Below are positions 1 to 12,451 of a stretch of DNA of 64,000 nt, one piece after another. The stretch is from positions 12,464,001 to 12,528,000 of the forward strand of contig NC_045697.1 of the NCBI RefSeq assembly GCF_009834535.1, in the 5' to 3' direction. Within the stretch, counting starts at the first letter, position 1, and each line of letters begins with the position of its first letter. Below the pieces are notes generated by a model. That model saw only the letters and a list, made by a program, of their open reading frames with translations, was not told the DNA's origin and did not search any database. The translations under genes were made by a program, and so were the position numbers. The DNA is from Camelus ferus. Taxonomy: Eukaryota.

Positions 1-799
1 AGATGACAATTATATAAAGAACAGTCCTCTGAGAAGATGTAACAATCATGACCCGTTTGTACCTAACAGCATATCCTTGGAAAACATAAAGTAGAAAAGG
101 GACAAAAATATAAAGAGAGATGAGCAAATCAACAATTTTACTGGGGTATTTAACCCCTGTCAGATACTTAAAGAACAAGCTGAAGAGATGTTAGTAAGAA
201 TAGAGATTTAAGCAACTCAAGAAGCTACCTGTAATAGATAATATACAACTCTGAGTTAAACAAATAGGGAATATTAGATGCTTTTCATGTATACATGGAA
301 TAGTTACACAATGATCACATTAGGACACTGAAGAAGTATCAATAAATTTGAAAGAATCAGTGTAATAAATTCCATGTTCTCTAATCAAAAGGCAATTAAA
401 TTAGAAATCAATAAGAAAACATTAAAAACATCACAATATGTTTCAAAAGTGAAATCATACTTAAGAATAATTAATAAATTAAAGATTAAAACCCAATGAG
501 AATTACAAAATATTGGAAGGATACAACAATAGAACCTTAAGTGCATTTCTTAACAAATAAATGATTGAACATAAATGAATTAAGTATTTGGTTCAATAAG
601 GTAAAACAAAAAAATAGACCTAAAGACTAGGAAAAAGAAACTAATAAAAGACCAAAAATTTAAACAGAAAATAAAGGAACTATACAAAGAAGCAAGAACA
701 TCTAAATATTGTTCTTTGATAAAGAAAAAATTAATAATAGATAAATCGTTAGCAAAACTGATAAGAACAGAAAGGTGCAAAGGAATGAAAGAGTATGTA

Positions 800-1377
800 T
801 AGCCAAGACATGAAAACAATCTAAATGTCCATCGACAGATAACTGGATAAAGTTGTGGGGTATATATATGTATGTGTGTGCAGCGTGCGCGCGCTCACAC
901 ACACACACACACACACACACACAATGGAATACAACTCAGCCATAAAAACAAATAAAATAATGCCATTTGCAGCAACATGGATAAATCTGGAGATCATCAT
1001 TCTAAATGAAATAAGCCAGAAAGAGAAAGAAAATTACAATATAATATCACTTATATGTGGAATCTAAAAAAGACACAAATGAACTTATTTACAAAACAGT
1101 CTCACAGACATAGAAAACAAACTTATGGCTACCTGAGGGGAAAGGAGGTGGGAAGGGATAAATTGAGAGTTTGAGATTTGTAGATACTAACTACTGTATA
1201 TAAAATAGGTAAACAAGTATATACTGTATAGCACAAGGAACTATATTCAGTATCACATAACCTATAATGAAAAAGAATATGAAACTAAAAATATGTAAGT
1301 ATATGTATGACTGAACTATTTTGCTGTACACCAGAAATTGACACAACATTTTAAACTGACTATACTTCAATTAAAAA
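800..1377 (+). mobile_element. Younger 5'-truncated L1 3' end with poly(A) tail
   Basis: ORF2 C-terminus (ORF 855..1067 MEYNSAIK..MPFAATWINLEIIILNEISQKEK), then a 3' UTR ending cttcaattaaaaaaa. TSD aaagagtatgta (788-799) / aaagtgtatgta (1378-1389). Confidence 0.92.
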
Positions 1378-2939
1378 AAAGTGTATGTAACTGGTTATAC
1401 AATAGGGATACAAAAACATCAGAAAGAACACTATAAAAATATTTATGCTATAAAAATAAATTTCAACACAGATAAAATAAATAATCTTCTAGAAAAATTT
1501 GTTTAAAATATCAATTTGAGCCTGGAACAGTGTAGAGAGCTTTAAATAAAAGAATAATAACTAGAGAAGTTGAGATAGTATTTAAAATCCTACCCCTCTC
1601 TACCTGTTAACCCTGATCCCCATCAGCCCCACCACGCAAGCATTAAAGTCATCTGTCTTCTGGCCCAGATGATTTTAACAAGTTTTATCAGTCCTTGAGG
1701 AACAGAAGATCCTCATCTTATAAGACTGTTTCAAATAATTGTCAGCTTATTTTATGACAATATTATAATTTGATATTCAAACTAGACTAAGAAAGTAAAA
1801 TACAATTACAGATTAATTTCACTTAGGAATACAGATGCAGAAATACCAAATAAAATATAAACAAATTGACGTCAGCATATGTGTGCGCTACATGTACACT
1901 CTCAGGTATAAGCAGAGATTATTCCAGTGATGTAAGGATAGCTCTGTATGAGAAAATCTAATCATGTAATTCAGCATATTAACAGATTAAAAGGTAATAA
2001 CATAATCACATCAACAGATGGAGGAAAACACTGATAAAATTCAATACTCAGCCACAGTTATATATCAAATAATATTATATAATATTTTTATATATAAGTA
2101 TTATATATTTAAAAAATTCTTAGCCATTTGGAAATAAAGGGAACTTCCTCAAATTGTTTATTTCTATTGAAAATTTATAGCAAACATATTAAAGAATGGT
2201 AATACTATATAAGTATTCTTATGTCAAAAAAAATTGAAGAAGGCAAATTTAAGTTATTTCTATTATCATTATATTAAAAGCCATATCCAATGCAATAAAT
2301 CATAGATAGAGAGAAATCAGGGTTTGAAAGCAATAGAACAGATGTTTTAAATTGCAATGTGATCATTTCCATAGAATAATCTAATAGAATCTAGAAACTG
2401 TTAGAAGTACTAGAGCTCAAGTTTATAAGTTATGAGATCAATGTGCAAACATTAATAGCCATCTTAAATACCAGCAGTAGCAAAATGGTATGTATAATAA
2501 TATAACATTATAAGATGTTATGGGGTAAATTTAACAAAAGATATTTATTATCTTCATGGAGAAAATTACAAAATATTTTTGAAAGTCACAAAATGACATG
2601 AATAAATTAAGAGATATACTATGTTCATGGTTAGAAATATATCACTCATCCAAAGTTATTCTAAACATTCAATGAAATTCTAATTAAAATCCTAATTTTT
2701 CATGGATTTTGACAAGCTCATCCTAAAAATCATATGAAAGAAGAAAGGGACAGAACAAAATTTTAGAAAAAGAAGATGATAAATTTCCATATAGATACAA
2801 AAATTACTGTTAATACCACAGTAACTGAGACATGTGCCATTGGTTAAGGGTTAGACAAATGGACCAGTGAAACAAAAGAGATCCATGGGTATGTAGAAAC
2901 TTGATATGTGACACAAGTGGCATTAAAAAGTATTGGCAA

Positions 2940-3092
2940 GGGGAGAGGGTGTAGCTCAAGTGGTAGAGCACATACTTAGAATGCATAAGGCCCTGGGTTC
3001 AAACCCAGCACCTCCTCTAAAAAAATAAAAAAGTCTAATTACCTCTTCCCCCCAAATTAAAAAAAAACACAATGATAAATAAAACAATTAAA
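2940..3092 (+). mobile_element. tRNA-Ala-derived SINE (Vic-1 type, camelid)
   Basis: Head gggtgtagctcaagtggtagagcac..gggttcaaacccagcacctcc with A and B boxes, ctaattacctc tail motif, A-rich end. Perfect 15-bp TSD aaaaagtattggcaa (2925-2939 / 3093-3107). Confidence 0.92.
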
Positions 3093-3750
3093 AAAAAGTA
3101 TTGGCAAAAAAATTACATGGCAAAAACTAATTGGAAAAAAATAATTAAAATCAAATCCCTTACCACCAGCATACCGGAAATGGCTAAAAACAGAAACGTG
3201 ATAAGCAAATGTTTAAATATTTAGAAGAAAATATAGGAGAAAATCTTTATGACCTTTCCAAAAATATTTTATAAAAACAAAAGCAAAAAGCATAAACTCT
3301 AAAGAAAAAGAGAAACAAATTTGAGTACACTAAAGGGAAAATTTTTTTTTATTGTAAGACAGCATAAAGTTAAAAGACAAGTCACAGACTAAATGAAGAT
3401 ATTTATTACCCATGTAAATTACAAAGGTTTAGCTTCCAGAACTTAAAAAGAACTCCTACATATTGGTAAGAAAAGACAAACACTTCAATAGGATAATGGA
3501 TAAAGGCAATGCATAAGCAATCTGCAGAAGAAGAAATGTGAATGGCCAACAGATGTAAGAAAAATGTAAAATAAAACAATGAGATTCCTTTGCACGGTTA
3601 TCAAAGTGAAAAAAAATGTAATTAAAGTTGCTTAACTCCAAAGTTTGAGGGTGATGTGGAGACTTGGCAACTCACATGCCCTTGTTGGTGACAGTAGCCA
3701 CCGTTCAATTAATTTGGAGAATAATTTGGCAGTATTTGATCAGTTTGAAA

Positions 3751-4211
3751 TGTGCCTTAATTTGGATCTGGTTCTCCAGAAGCCAACTTTGGATGAGATT
3801 TGTGTGCAAGTGATTAAGAAAGTGCTCTCAGGGGAGACTAGTAAGGGGGTGGGCAAGCAGGCCATGGAAGGAGAGGAAGGCAAGTAATGGTGAGGTCTCA
3901 GGCAGAGTCCTGCAGACCTTGCCTCCCCTAACCCCAGAGGGGAGCTCTGGAGTGAAAGTTAACTCTGAGAAATTGTTCTAAGTGGAAGCAGGGGGAGTTG
4001 GTCTTTCCTTCCTTCCTTCCTTCCTATAGTGCACCAGACAGTCATCACTCAAGGGCAGATGAGATGGGGAAATGAATGCTTGATAGTTCAGGGTTGGCTT
4101 CAGATGCTCTGTGTTAGATTTCACCCCTAACCTGGGGTGAGGGGAGAACACAATAAATGGGGGGAAAGATTTGGGTTGAACATTGACAGAGGAATACATG
4201 TCTACACCACA
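3751..4211 (-). mobile_element. LTR16-family (ERVL) solo LTR inserted in L1
   Basis: Reverse strand ends ..cacttgcacacaaatctcatccaaagttggcttctggagaacc..aaggcaca, resembling the LTR16 3' end. Host L1 resumes at ccagcaattccact. Confidence 0.65.
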
Positions 4212-6994
4212 GTCCAGCAATTCCACTTTCTCCTTGCTCTTTGTACACCAGGAGTCATACACAGGAACCTTCATAGAAGTGTTGTGGATGGTAACAAAAC
4301 ACCAGAAGTAATCCAGGAGAATAGTTAAATAAATTGTGCTGTGTAAATAACCAGAGATACTTAATAGCAGTTAAAACAAATGAATGAGACTGTATGTTTC
4401 TTCTTAGTTACAGCTCAAAAATACAAAGTAGTATAGTTAAAAAAAGCGGTCTGCAAGATGAAAAATGCAATATGACACCATTTATATAAAGTTTGAAAAA
4501 CCTACAAAATTGTATTTTTTAAGGATACATGCATAGCCAATAATGGTGTAAGACATGCAAAAGAAAAATAAACGCAAAATCAAGATAGTGATTACCACTG
4601 GAGAGGCAGGAGGTAATGTGTTCGGGCAAGTGTACAAAGGGAGCATTAACATCTATAATGTTTTGTTCGCTAAAAAAATCTGAAGCATAATTTGATTAAG
4701 CTCGATTCCTTTCCAATCTTGTCTTTTTCTTCACTGTGAAACTCTTTACCTATTCATTTGGTTCTAAATACCTTTCCCTAAACTTCAAGAATTTTGATGT
4801 GAGTGCATGTGAGTTACCAATCTTTCGGTGGAGCCAGAAATAAAAGTGTTTGTAATAATGAGATTCTGGGAAGAAATCAAGGTAGAATAAACCCAAGTCT
4901 TGAAATTACATTTGTCACTTTGATGAAGATAAAGTGGAAATGAGAGTATGAGGGGCCAGCAGAGCCAAGCCTTAGTCTTAAAGATCCGCTGCCATTATTA
5001 ACCACCTACGAAGCCCCAGGCACTGAACTACCTGTTTCACACACTTGATCAGTTTAATACCATGATACAAGGTAGATGTGGCAGAATTGCCTCATACAGT
5101 CCTATATGCATTTAACTTGGGTGCATTTCAGCTCGCATGGGGGAAGCCATGTAAGAGGGAGGAAAAGCAGAAAAGGAAGAGAGAGAGAAGGAGGAAAATG
5201 GGAAGAGGAAAGGGGAAGAAGGAAGTATTTTGCACAGGGTATATTTAAATACTGCATTCAGTTCTGGTAGGACCTCTGATTAGTGTTTGGCTTGGAGTAA
5301 CCCGAAATAGACACATGACACTGTTATTCCTTAAAATGGCCTCTGTTTCAAATGCTTCACATTTTGTGAGCTTCAGCTGTGCTGAATGCAAGTCTAATAC
5401 TTAAATCTAAACCATCCCCATTTAATGTGGCCCTCAAATGTAAGCCAGTGGCTTCATCTGGTCCTTAAATGAGGAAGCAGCCATTTTCCCCAACACTAGA
5501 GGAAAAGCTGTCTTTGCTGGTCCTAATGAAATGCACAGTGGCACAAGGACTCCAAAGTAGCAGCCTTCTCAGAGATTAAAAAAAATCTGCATGACTTTTA
5601 CAGTCTGACTAGAGTCAAACCTCTGAATGTGCATTAATATTGTCTTCTTTAATCCTAAAGTGCTGAAACTGATGCCTAGAAAGGGTTATCCACTTCCTCA
5701 AGGTTGGGGAATAAGGCCAAGTTGGGGTTTGAGCCCTTCTCCTTTTCCAGAGCTCTCTTCTTGTCTTATCTGAGGCTTCATGAAAAGTACGGAAGAACAA
5801 AGGTTGGCAGGTATATTTTGAGTGCCAGACAGAGGACAAATATTGCACATCTTTTCCTGGGGTCTGATTGCAGCAAGGTGCTAGAACGACCTAACGATGC
5901 TGGATTCAATGCTGGATTCCAAACCAACATCACTGTATGTAAAACTGAACTTTAATTTCTGCAAAACAATCGGTTTCCTTAGATAATGCTATTCCCTTGA
6001 TAGAGTAGCTTCTAAGGGCATGTTTCTCTTTCCTTTAGGGAGGATAGTGAATTCCCTAGAAATAAAATGGGCCTATTTGTCACTTGAAATGACCTGTTGA
6101 CTTAGAATAGCTCTGCTTATTTCTGCAATTTGTCTTTCCCTCGCCTTCACCATGGTCATCTGGGTTTTATATCCTGGGTGGTGGAAAATGAAAGGCAGTG
6201 TGTATTTTTCGTGAGATTTTAAAATTTGAATTTCCTGCTGTGAGTACTCTTGCCGCTCAGTTGAAATTAGAGCAGGATGAACTTCTTGAACTGTCACCAA
6301 CTTGGCTACAGGCTGACTCCAGGACCTCCTGCAGGGAAAGTTCCCTGAAGGGACAGCATAAAATGTCTCTGCAGGAGAGATTAAATGGTTTAATAATGTC
6401 CTATTAAACCTGCAGCTTTCAAACTGAACCTTTCAGTACCACTTGTCACCCCAAAGCTCCTTTTGAAGTGATTTTAATCTCAGATAAGGCTTTTACTATT
6501 AGAAAGAAGACATCTGGCAACATTATCACTTTTTAGCTTTTTGTGGGGGTGAGAGATGATGAGCTTTTGTCAATTCTCATAAAGCTTGTAAGAATGGTTG
6601 CTAATGCAGGTAGGAGGAGAATGGAGTGAGTTTCGTAAATAAACAAGAATAAATAATAATAAAATATAATGAAGGGATGAATCAAACACCAGTGATGACC
6701 ATATACCATGAACTGAGGGTTTTGATTGACTCAACTCTGTCCATAAATTAAAAAGAAAACAAACAGAACAAAACAAGGACACAGACCAGATCCCACTAGA
6801 ACAGAGCATATCTGTGTTGTTTCCATTCCCAATGAACAAATGAAGTTTCAAAAGTAAGTGTATAATCTCATCAGGGAAATCAGCAGAGACTCCAAATAGG
6901 TTTTTAATACTCATTATTCACTTCTTAGAGTGATTGGACATCACACTCTTCTTTAAAATGCCATTTGTGTTCTTACTGTGGTCAGATGATTCTT

Positions 6995-7445
6995 TAAAAT
7001 AAACTTTTAATTTTAGAACACTTTTAGATTTTGAAAGATAGTACAGACCTACACCATACCCTGTGCCCTAGTTCCCCTGTTACTAACAGCGTACATTGGT
7101 GTGGCATGTTTGTTATACTTAATGAGCCAATACTGATACATTATTATTAATTAAAGTCAATACTTTATTCACATTTCCTTAGATTTTACCCAATGTCTTT
7201 TTCTGTTCCAGTAGCTCATCCAGGATCATATTACATTTTGATGCCAGTGTCTTCTTAGGCTCCTCTTAGCTGTGATGGTTTCTTAGTCTTTCCTTGTTTT
7301 TGATAACTTTGACATTTTTGAGGGGGTACTGATTGGATATTTTGTATACTGTACCTCAACTGGAATTCATCTGATGTTTTTCTCACAGTTAGACTGGGGT
7401 TATATGTCTTTTGGAGTAAGATCACAAAGGGCCAATTTTATCACG
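6995..7445 (-). mobile_element. L1MC/L1MD-type 3' UTR fragment
   Basis: aatgagccaatactgatacattattattaa..ttctgttccag..tccaggat..agttagactggggttat matches the antisense L1MC/MD 3' end. Confidence 0.8.
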
Positions 7446-7494
7446 CCTCTCTATCTCTGTCTCATCTTTATCTCTGTCTCGTGACCTATATTTA

Positions 7495-7620
7495 TGTATC
7501 TATCTATCTGTGTGTGTGTATAAAATATATATGTGTGAGAACGAGAGGTAGGGGGGAGAGAGAGAGAGAGGAAGAGAAGAGATGAGAGGAGAGGAGAGGA
7601 GGGAGAGAAGCTGAGAAAAA
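7495..7620. repeat. Compound TATC/TG/GA simple repeat
   Basis: Runs of tatc, tg, ta and ga directly visible. Confidence 0.8.
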
Positions 7621-7960
7621 GAGAGATTTTAAGGAGTTGGCTTATGCTATTGTGACAGTGTGAGTCCAAAATCTGCAGGGCAGGCTGGAGACCCAGGCTG
7701 AAGTTACAGTCTGAGTCCAAAAGCAGTCTGCTGGCCAAATTCCTTCTTTATCAGACAAGTCAATCTTTGCTCTGTTAAGGCATTCAATTGATTGGATGAG
7801 GTCCACCAAATTATGGAGGGTAATCTGCTTTACTGAAAGTCCATTGATTTAAATGTTAGTTTCATCCAAAACAACCTTCCCAGAAATGTCCAGAGTAATG
7901 TTGACTAAATATCTGGGTAATGTGGTGCAGCCAAACCGACTGATAAAATTAGCCATCAGA
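7621..7960 (-). mobile_element. MLT2 (ERVL) solo LTR fragment
   Basis: caattgattggatgaggtccacc..ggagggtaatctgctttact..gatttaaatgtta..aaaattagccatca is the antisense MLT2 signature. Confidence 0.88.
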
Positions 7961-8711
7961 AGCAGACTTATGCAAGGATAATAACACTTTCCTCTTACAG
8001 CCCTACTCCACCCCCAACCTTATATTCTAAAGGCCCAAGAGAGAATTCATGGGGCTTCGAATTAAGAAGTGGAGCTTGATTATTTGATTAAGGGCAGAAA
8101 GAAGTCTAAGAATGGTGTGCTGGAAGTTACTTGAGTTCAGAGGCAGAGTATTCGGGTTCCCCAAGACTGGGAATTTGAAGAGATAGCAGGTTTCTCAGTG
8201 AGTCAAGTCCTATGCCTCATGCTCATGAATCTTCTCAGATGAGGTGATGGTGTGGAAGGCTGTGTGGGCTGAAATCAGGGTGCCAAGGATTGGACACCTC
8301 TGGTAAATATTAAGAAGAGACCATCAGCCTTCACTGAACATTTCAACCGCAATCAGGATGGATTGAAAACCAGAGTCTTTTCTCCATTTTCTAGGTGCCA
8401 TTCAAATCCTAGGATTTTTGCTAAGCCTCAGGAGGAAAGAAGGAAGTGAAAAAGGAAATCTGATTGCAATTAATTTTCTTGTTACTCTGGTGAATGGAAC
8501 CTCAGATTAAGTAGGTTACCTATAATTCAGAATAAATAAAATAATGGGCTGCACTTGGCCTCTCAGTGTGTGGTACAAACCATTCCACTATAATAACTTC
8601 AGTCTTTATAATTGCTTCTCAGAGTTTTTTGGCAACTAATTTATTTTGAAATAACTATAATTTTAAAATGTGAGGAATCTGAGAAATCCTTATGTGCAAA
8701 GACCTGTCTTC

Positions 8712-8810
8712 AGCGATGAGGAAACTGACCTGCTCAAGGTCACGTGGTGAAGAGCAAAGGCAAGGCTAGAACCCAGACTTCCCAATCCTCGGTGCACATG
8801 CTTTCCCTCT
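8712..8810 (-). mobile_element. MIR fragment
   Basis: gatgaggaaactga..ctcaaggtcac..ctagaacccagact core. Confidence 0.7.
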
Positions 8811-8899
8811 ATCTCAATTTCATATAAATCTGCTACTTTATATTATATAGATCAATTATTTTATTTTAAAATATAAATTAGTTTTTTACTTTTAGAAAC

Positions 8900-9266
8900 T
8901 GTTATGAACTGAGTTGTGTTCCCCCCAAATTTCTATGTTGAAGCCCTAACCCCCATTGTAACTGTCTGTGGATATAGGCTTTTAAAGAGGTGATTAAGGT
9001 CAAATGAAGTCATAAGACTGGGACCCTAATTCAGTAGGGCTTGTTCTTACAAAAGAGAGAGAGAGAACACCAGAATGTGCACCCACAGAGAAAATGTCAG
9101 TTGAGGACACAAGAAGGCGGCTGTCTGCAAGCCAAAGAAAGAGCCCTCGGGAAATTTTCAATCTGCCAATACCTTGATCTTGGACTTCCAGCCTTCAGAA
9201 CTGTGAGAAATACATTAAACCTCCCAGTCTGTGTGGATTTTATGTTGGCTTAAGCAAACTAACTCA
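8900..9266 (+). mobile_element. MLT1B-like MaLR solo LTR
   Basis: tgttatgaactgagttgtgttcccc..tatgttgaagccctaacc..accttgatcttggacttccagcc..agaactgtgagaaata..aaactaactca. Confidence 0.88.
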
Positions 9267-10029
9267 TAAGTCATTGTACTTTCCATGAATACATTTTCTT
9301 ATATTCACTGCTAGACTAAAATCTTCTCAAGTGCTCCCTTAAATATTTTTGTTCTTTCAGCTGTTCTATTTTGTTAATTTCCACTTATGCTCTATATTCT
9401 GTTTATTCCTCTTCTATAGACTTTTGGGGAGCATCCTTTTCCCCCCTGCCTGTTATTTGGGACTGAGGTCCAGCTACTGGTGTATGTTTAGTGAGTAGCC
9501 CCATTGTCCTGGGAGGCAGAGTGATCTTGGACCCAGCTTATAGTTCTAGGACACCTGTTAATGAATCAGAGGGAAGCTTCTCTCTTCCCTGGTTATTCAT
9601 GTGCAAGAGCTGCAAATCTCACTCAGCCAGCTTCATAGCCAGAGAGGACCCAATGTCCCAGTGGTTTAGCTTCCTTGGGGCTCATGCAGTTTGAAGTAGT
9701 TAGATGGATCAGCTGGTCCCCAAGGTAAATTCATATGGGTACACCTAGCCTCTTTGCCTGCGACCTTAGATCTCCCAGACCAGGCTCTTTCCAGAATTTA
9801 TCCCTTAGATTCAACAGGTGCTCAGCCTCTCATCTGGCCAAGAGTGTAAAAATTCCCTTATAGCCCAACTCTCCTTATGGACCTCAGCAGAACTAAGATA
9901 CTGCTTATTTAAGGACCACCAGCTCTTGTAGCTGGTGGGCTCAGGAAAGTGAGGTTCTGTACTTGGCTTTTTAACCTAGATGACATGTGAAGCTTCTCAG
10001 GGAGGACAGATAGACATTGGAAAGGAGTG

Positions 10030-11366
10030 TGTGATATTTGGTCTTCATCCCCATTTCTGGCACAGAGCTCCTAAAACCCTTGGGATTTCCTACATGATGA
10101 GAGAGTGATTAAAGGTGTCTTTCTTATGTTAATGAGACAACTTTTGGACCCCTCCTAAAGAAGGGGGCTGGTTGCCAGAAGAACCAACCATATGATTACA
10201 GGATGTTGGTTCAAAACTTCTGGAATTTCTCAGGTGAAATCTGACACCGGCCCCCATTCACAGAGGGTAAGGAGAGACCAAAGAAAGATGAAGACAACCC
10301 CACATTGGTAGGTGGCAGGTTTAATAAGCAAGGGAACTTACCTACAAGTTACCAAAAACTTACCTACAACTTACCAAAAGCTTCTTTTGTTGGTCCAAAG
10401 ATGAGTAGATCTCTGCATCTGCTTGCCAGAGTCTTAAAAGTCTTATATAGATACCTTAATTGGGTTCATTCACATATTCAGTCCAGATAGTCTCAACAAC
10501 ACATTACTCCCTCAAGGCTACATCCTTGAAACGGCTCCTAGTGTGGGAAGAGTGAGCAGAATGTACATTCCAAGGACAAGGGAAGGGGGCGAGGAGCCTG
10601 ATTGCCTGCATCTAGCTCATAGGTCAACTGGCTGTCATGTCCTCTTGACGACCTTCTCCAATAGAGAGTTGGAACTTTCAATCCCAACCCCTGATCTCTG
10701 GGGAGGGGAGAAGGATTGGAGGTTGAATCAGTCTCCAGTGGCCAGTGATTTAATGAACTGTGCCTATATAATGAAGCCTCCATAAAAATCCCAAAGAAAG
10801 AGGTTTAGAGAGCTTCTGTGTTGGTGAACATATGGAGATGCTGGGAGAGTGGCACACTCAGCATGGAAGCGCTACTCCCTTTTCCACATACCTTGCCCCA
10901 GGCATCTCTTCCATCGGGCTATTTCTGAGTCATATCCTTTGACAGTAAACTGGTGATCTAGTAGACAGAATGTTTCTCATAGTTCTGTGAGCTTCTCTAG
11001 AAAATTAATAGAACCAGAGGAGGGCATTGTGGGAACCTCTGATCTATAGCCAATTGGTCATAAGTACAGGTAACAACCTGGAGTTGTGATGAGCATCTGA
11101 ACTCCAAGGAGGGGGTCGCTGGACCTCCAATCCATAGGTTGTTGTGTAGAAGCACAGGTGATAACCTGGGCTTGTGACTGGCATCTGAAGTTGATGGGAG
11201 AAGTCTTATGAGACTGAGCACTTAACCTGTGGAATCTGATGCTACCTCTGGGTGGATACTATCCTAACTGAGTTGAGTTGCAAGACATCCAGCTGGTATT
11301 CAGAGAACTGTTTGTTTGTATGGGAGAAACTCCTCTCCCCACACACATTGGAATTGGGTCCAAGAA
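10030..11366 (+). mobile_element. MER21B-like LTR, split by a nested LTR
   Basis: ggcacagagctcctaaaacccttgg..ggggctggttgccagaagaaccaaccat | gttggaactttca..atgaagcctccataaaaa..taacctgtggaatctgatgcta. Confidence 0.85.
10204..10663 (-). mobile_element. Nested ERVL-like solo LTR (same family as 29266-29659)
   Basis: Termini tgttgg..ccaata. Degenerate 5-bp TSD cagga/gagag. Alignable in reverse to 29266-29659, including 37 identical nt. Confidence 0.8.
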
Positions 11367-11956
11367 CCTGTAAAGAGATTGGGAAGGATATTTTAGGTGG
11401 GACAAAGTACATGAGCAAATGTGGGGAATGTCCGAGGAAGAGGGAATAAGTAAATCTGGCTGTAACCAAGGCTCCTACACTCATAAAATCACAGCACATC
11501 TGTTCCACAAAATACATCCTGAAGAACAGCTACTTTGAAAAATCATTATATATTTCCTTATAAATATATATTTATTATACACATAAATTTATATTATATA
11601 TGAAGGTATCCATAAAGTTCTTGTGTCGTTGGAATTTGTAATAAATTTACTTCTACATAGGATGTAAGCAATCTTCAAAATGTGACAGAGAGAGGATTTA
11701 TTCAGATTTAAAATATTAAAATGTTAACATTCAACAAGTCTACCATCATCTCAGATACATTTGGATATAGCCGCTATTATGCACAGGGTTTATTACCTAG
11801 AAAGTGGAATAGAGATATTAGAACAAATTAACAATTTATTTAGATCTTGAAAAAATATCCTCTGTTGCATTCTGCAAATTGTTCTATGTTACACAGACAT
11901 GATTTGTTTACTTTTGACACTGAACCAGGACTTTATGTACACCTTGTACTTACAGG

Positions 11957-11958
<2 letters not shown>

Positions 11959-12010
<52 letters not shown>
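11959..12010. repeat. (AC)26 microsatellite
   Basis: Perfect AC run. Confidence 0.97.
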
Positions 12011-12012
<2 letters not shown>

Positions 12013-12031
12013 GTGCTCGCGCACATGCACA

Positions 12032-12221
12032 CAGCGGTAGTTCTCAAACTTGAGTATGCATCAGAATTACCTGGATGGCTTGTTAAAATGCAAACTGCTG
12101 GGTCTCATCTGAGAGTTTATCATTTAGTTGACCTGGGAGAGGACCCAAGAATTTATCTTTCTAACAAGCTTCCAGGTGATGCTTATGCTTCTAGTAGGGA
12201 GCCACATTGAGAAGACCGCTG
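12032..12221. mobile_element. MER5A hAT-Charlie MITE
   Basis: cagcggtagttctcaaacttgagtatgcatcagaattacctgg..ttctaacaagcttccaggtgatgct..ttgagaagaccgctg, with terminal inverted repeats. Confidence 0.88.
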
Positions 12222-12356
12222 GTTTATATACAGTCATTGAGCAGAATGCACTGGGGGTACATTCTCTTTCATTCCTTTCTTCCTTCCCTCCCTCCTTTCT
12301 TCCCTTTCCTCCTTGCTCCCCCGGGCCCCTTGCTCTCACACTCTCTCGTGTCTGCA

Positions 12357-12451
12357 TGTATGTATGTATGTGTATATGTATGTGTGTGTATATTATGTAT
12401 GTGTGTGTATATGTATGTGTGTGTGTATGTATGTATGTATGTATGTGTGTG
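12357..12451. repeat. (TATG)n/(TG)n compound microsatellite
   Basis: Directly visible. Confidence 0.92.

Larger units (their letters stand above)
1..4678 (+). mobile_element. Ancient L1 (L1M/L1ME-like) ORF2 to 3' end, degenerate, interrupted by a younger L1, a Vic-1 SINE and an LTR16-like LTR
   Basis: A-rich + strand. Decayed ORF2 motifs: ggcccagatgatttt (GPDGF, ~1662), gattattccagtgatgtaagga (FIPGMQG, ~1917), atcaacagatggaggaaaacactgataaaattcaa (SxDAEKAFDKIQ, ~2010). ccagcaattccact at ~4214; L1ME-type 3' UTR to ~4678. Confidence 0.85.

Noticed and set aside
2071..2086. 16-bp palindrome aatattatataatatt
   Set aside because: Pure AT low-complexity sequence inside an L1; expected by chance.
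2940..3017. tRNA-Ala gene (also at 45880-45954 and 50990-51065)
   Set aside because: Diverged stems, SINE tail and TSDs show these are retroposed SINEs, not tRNA genes.
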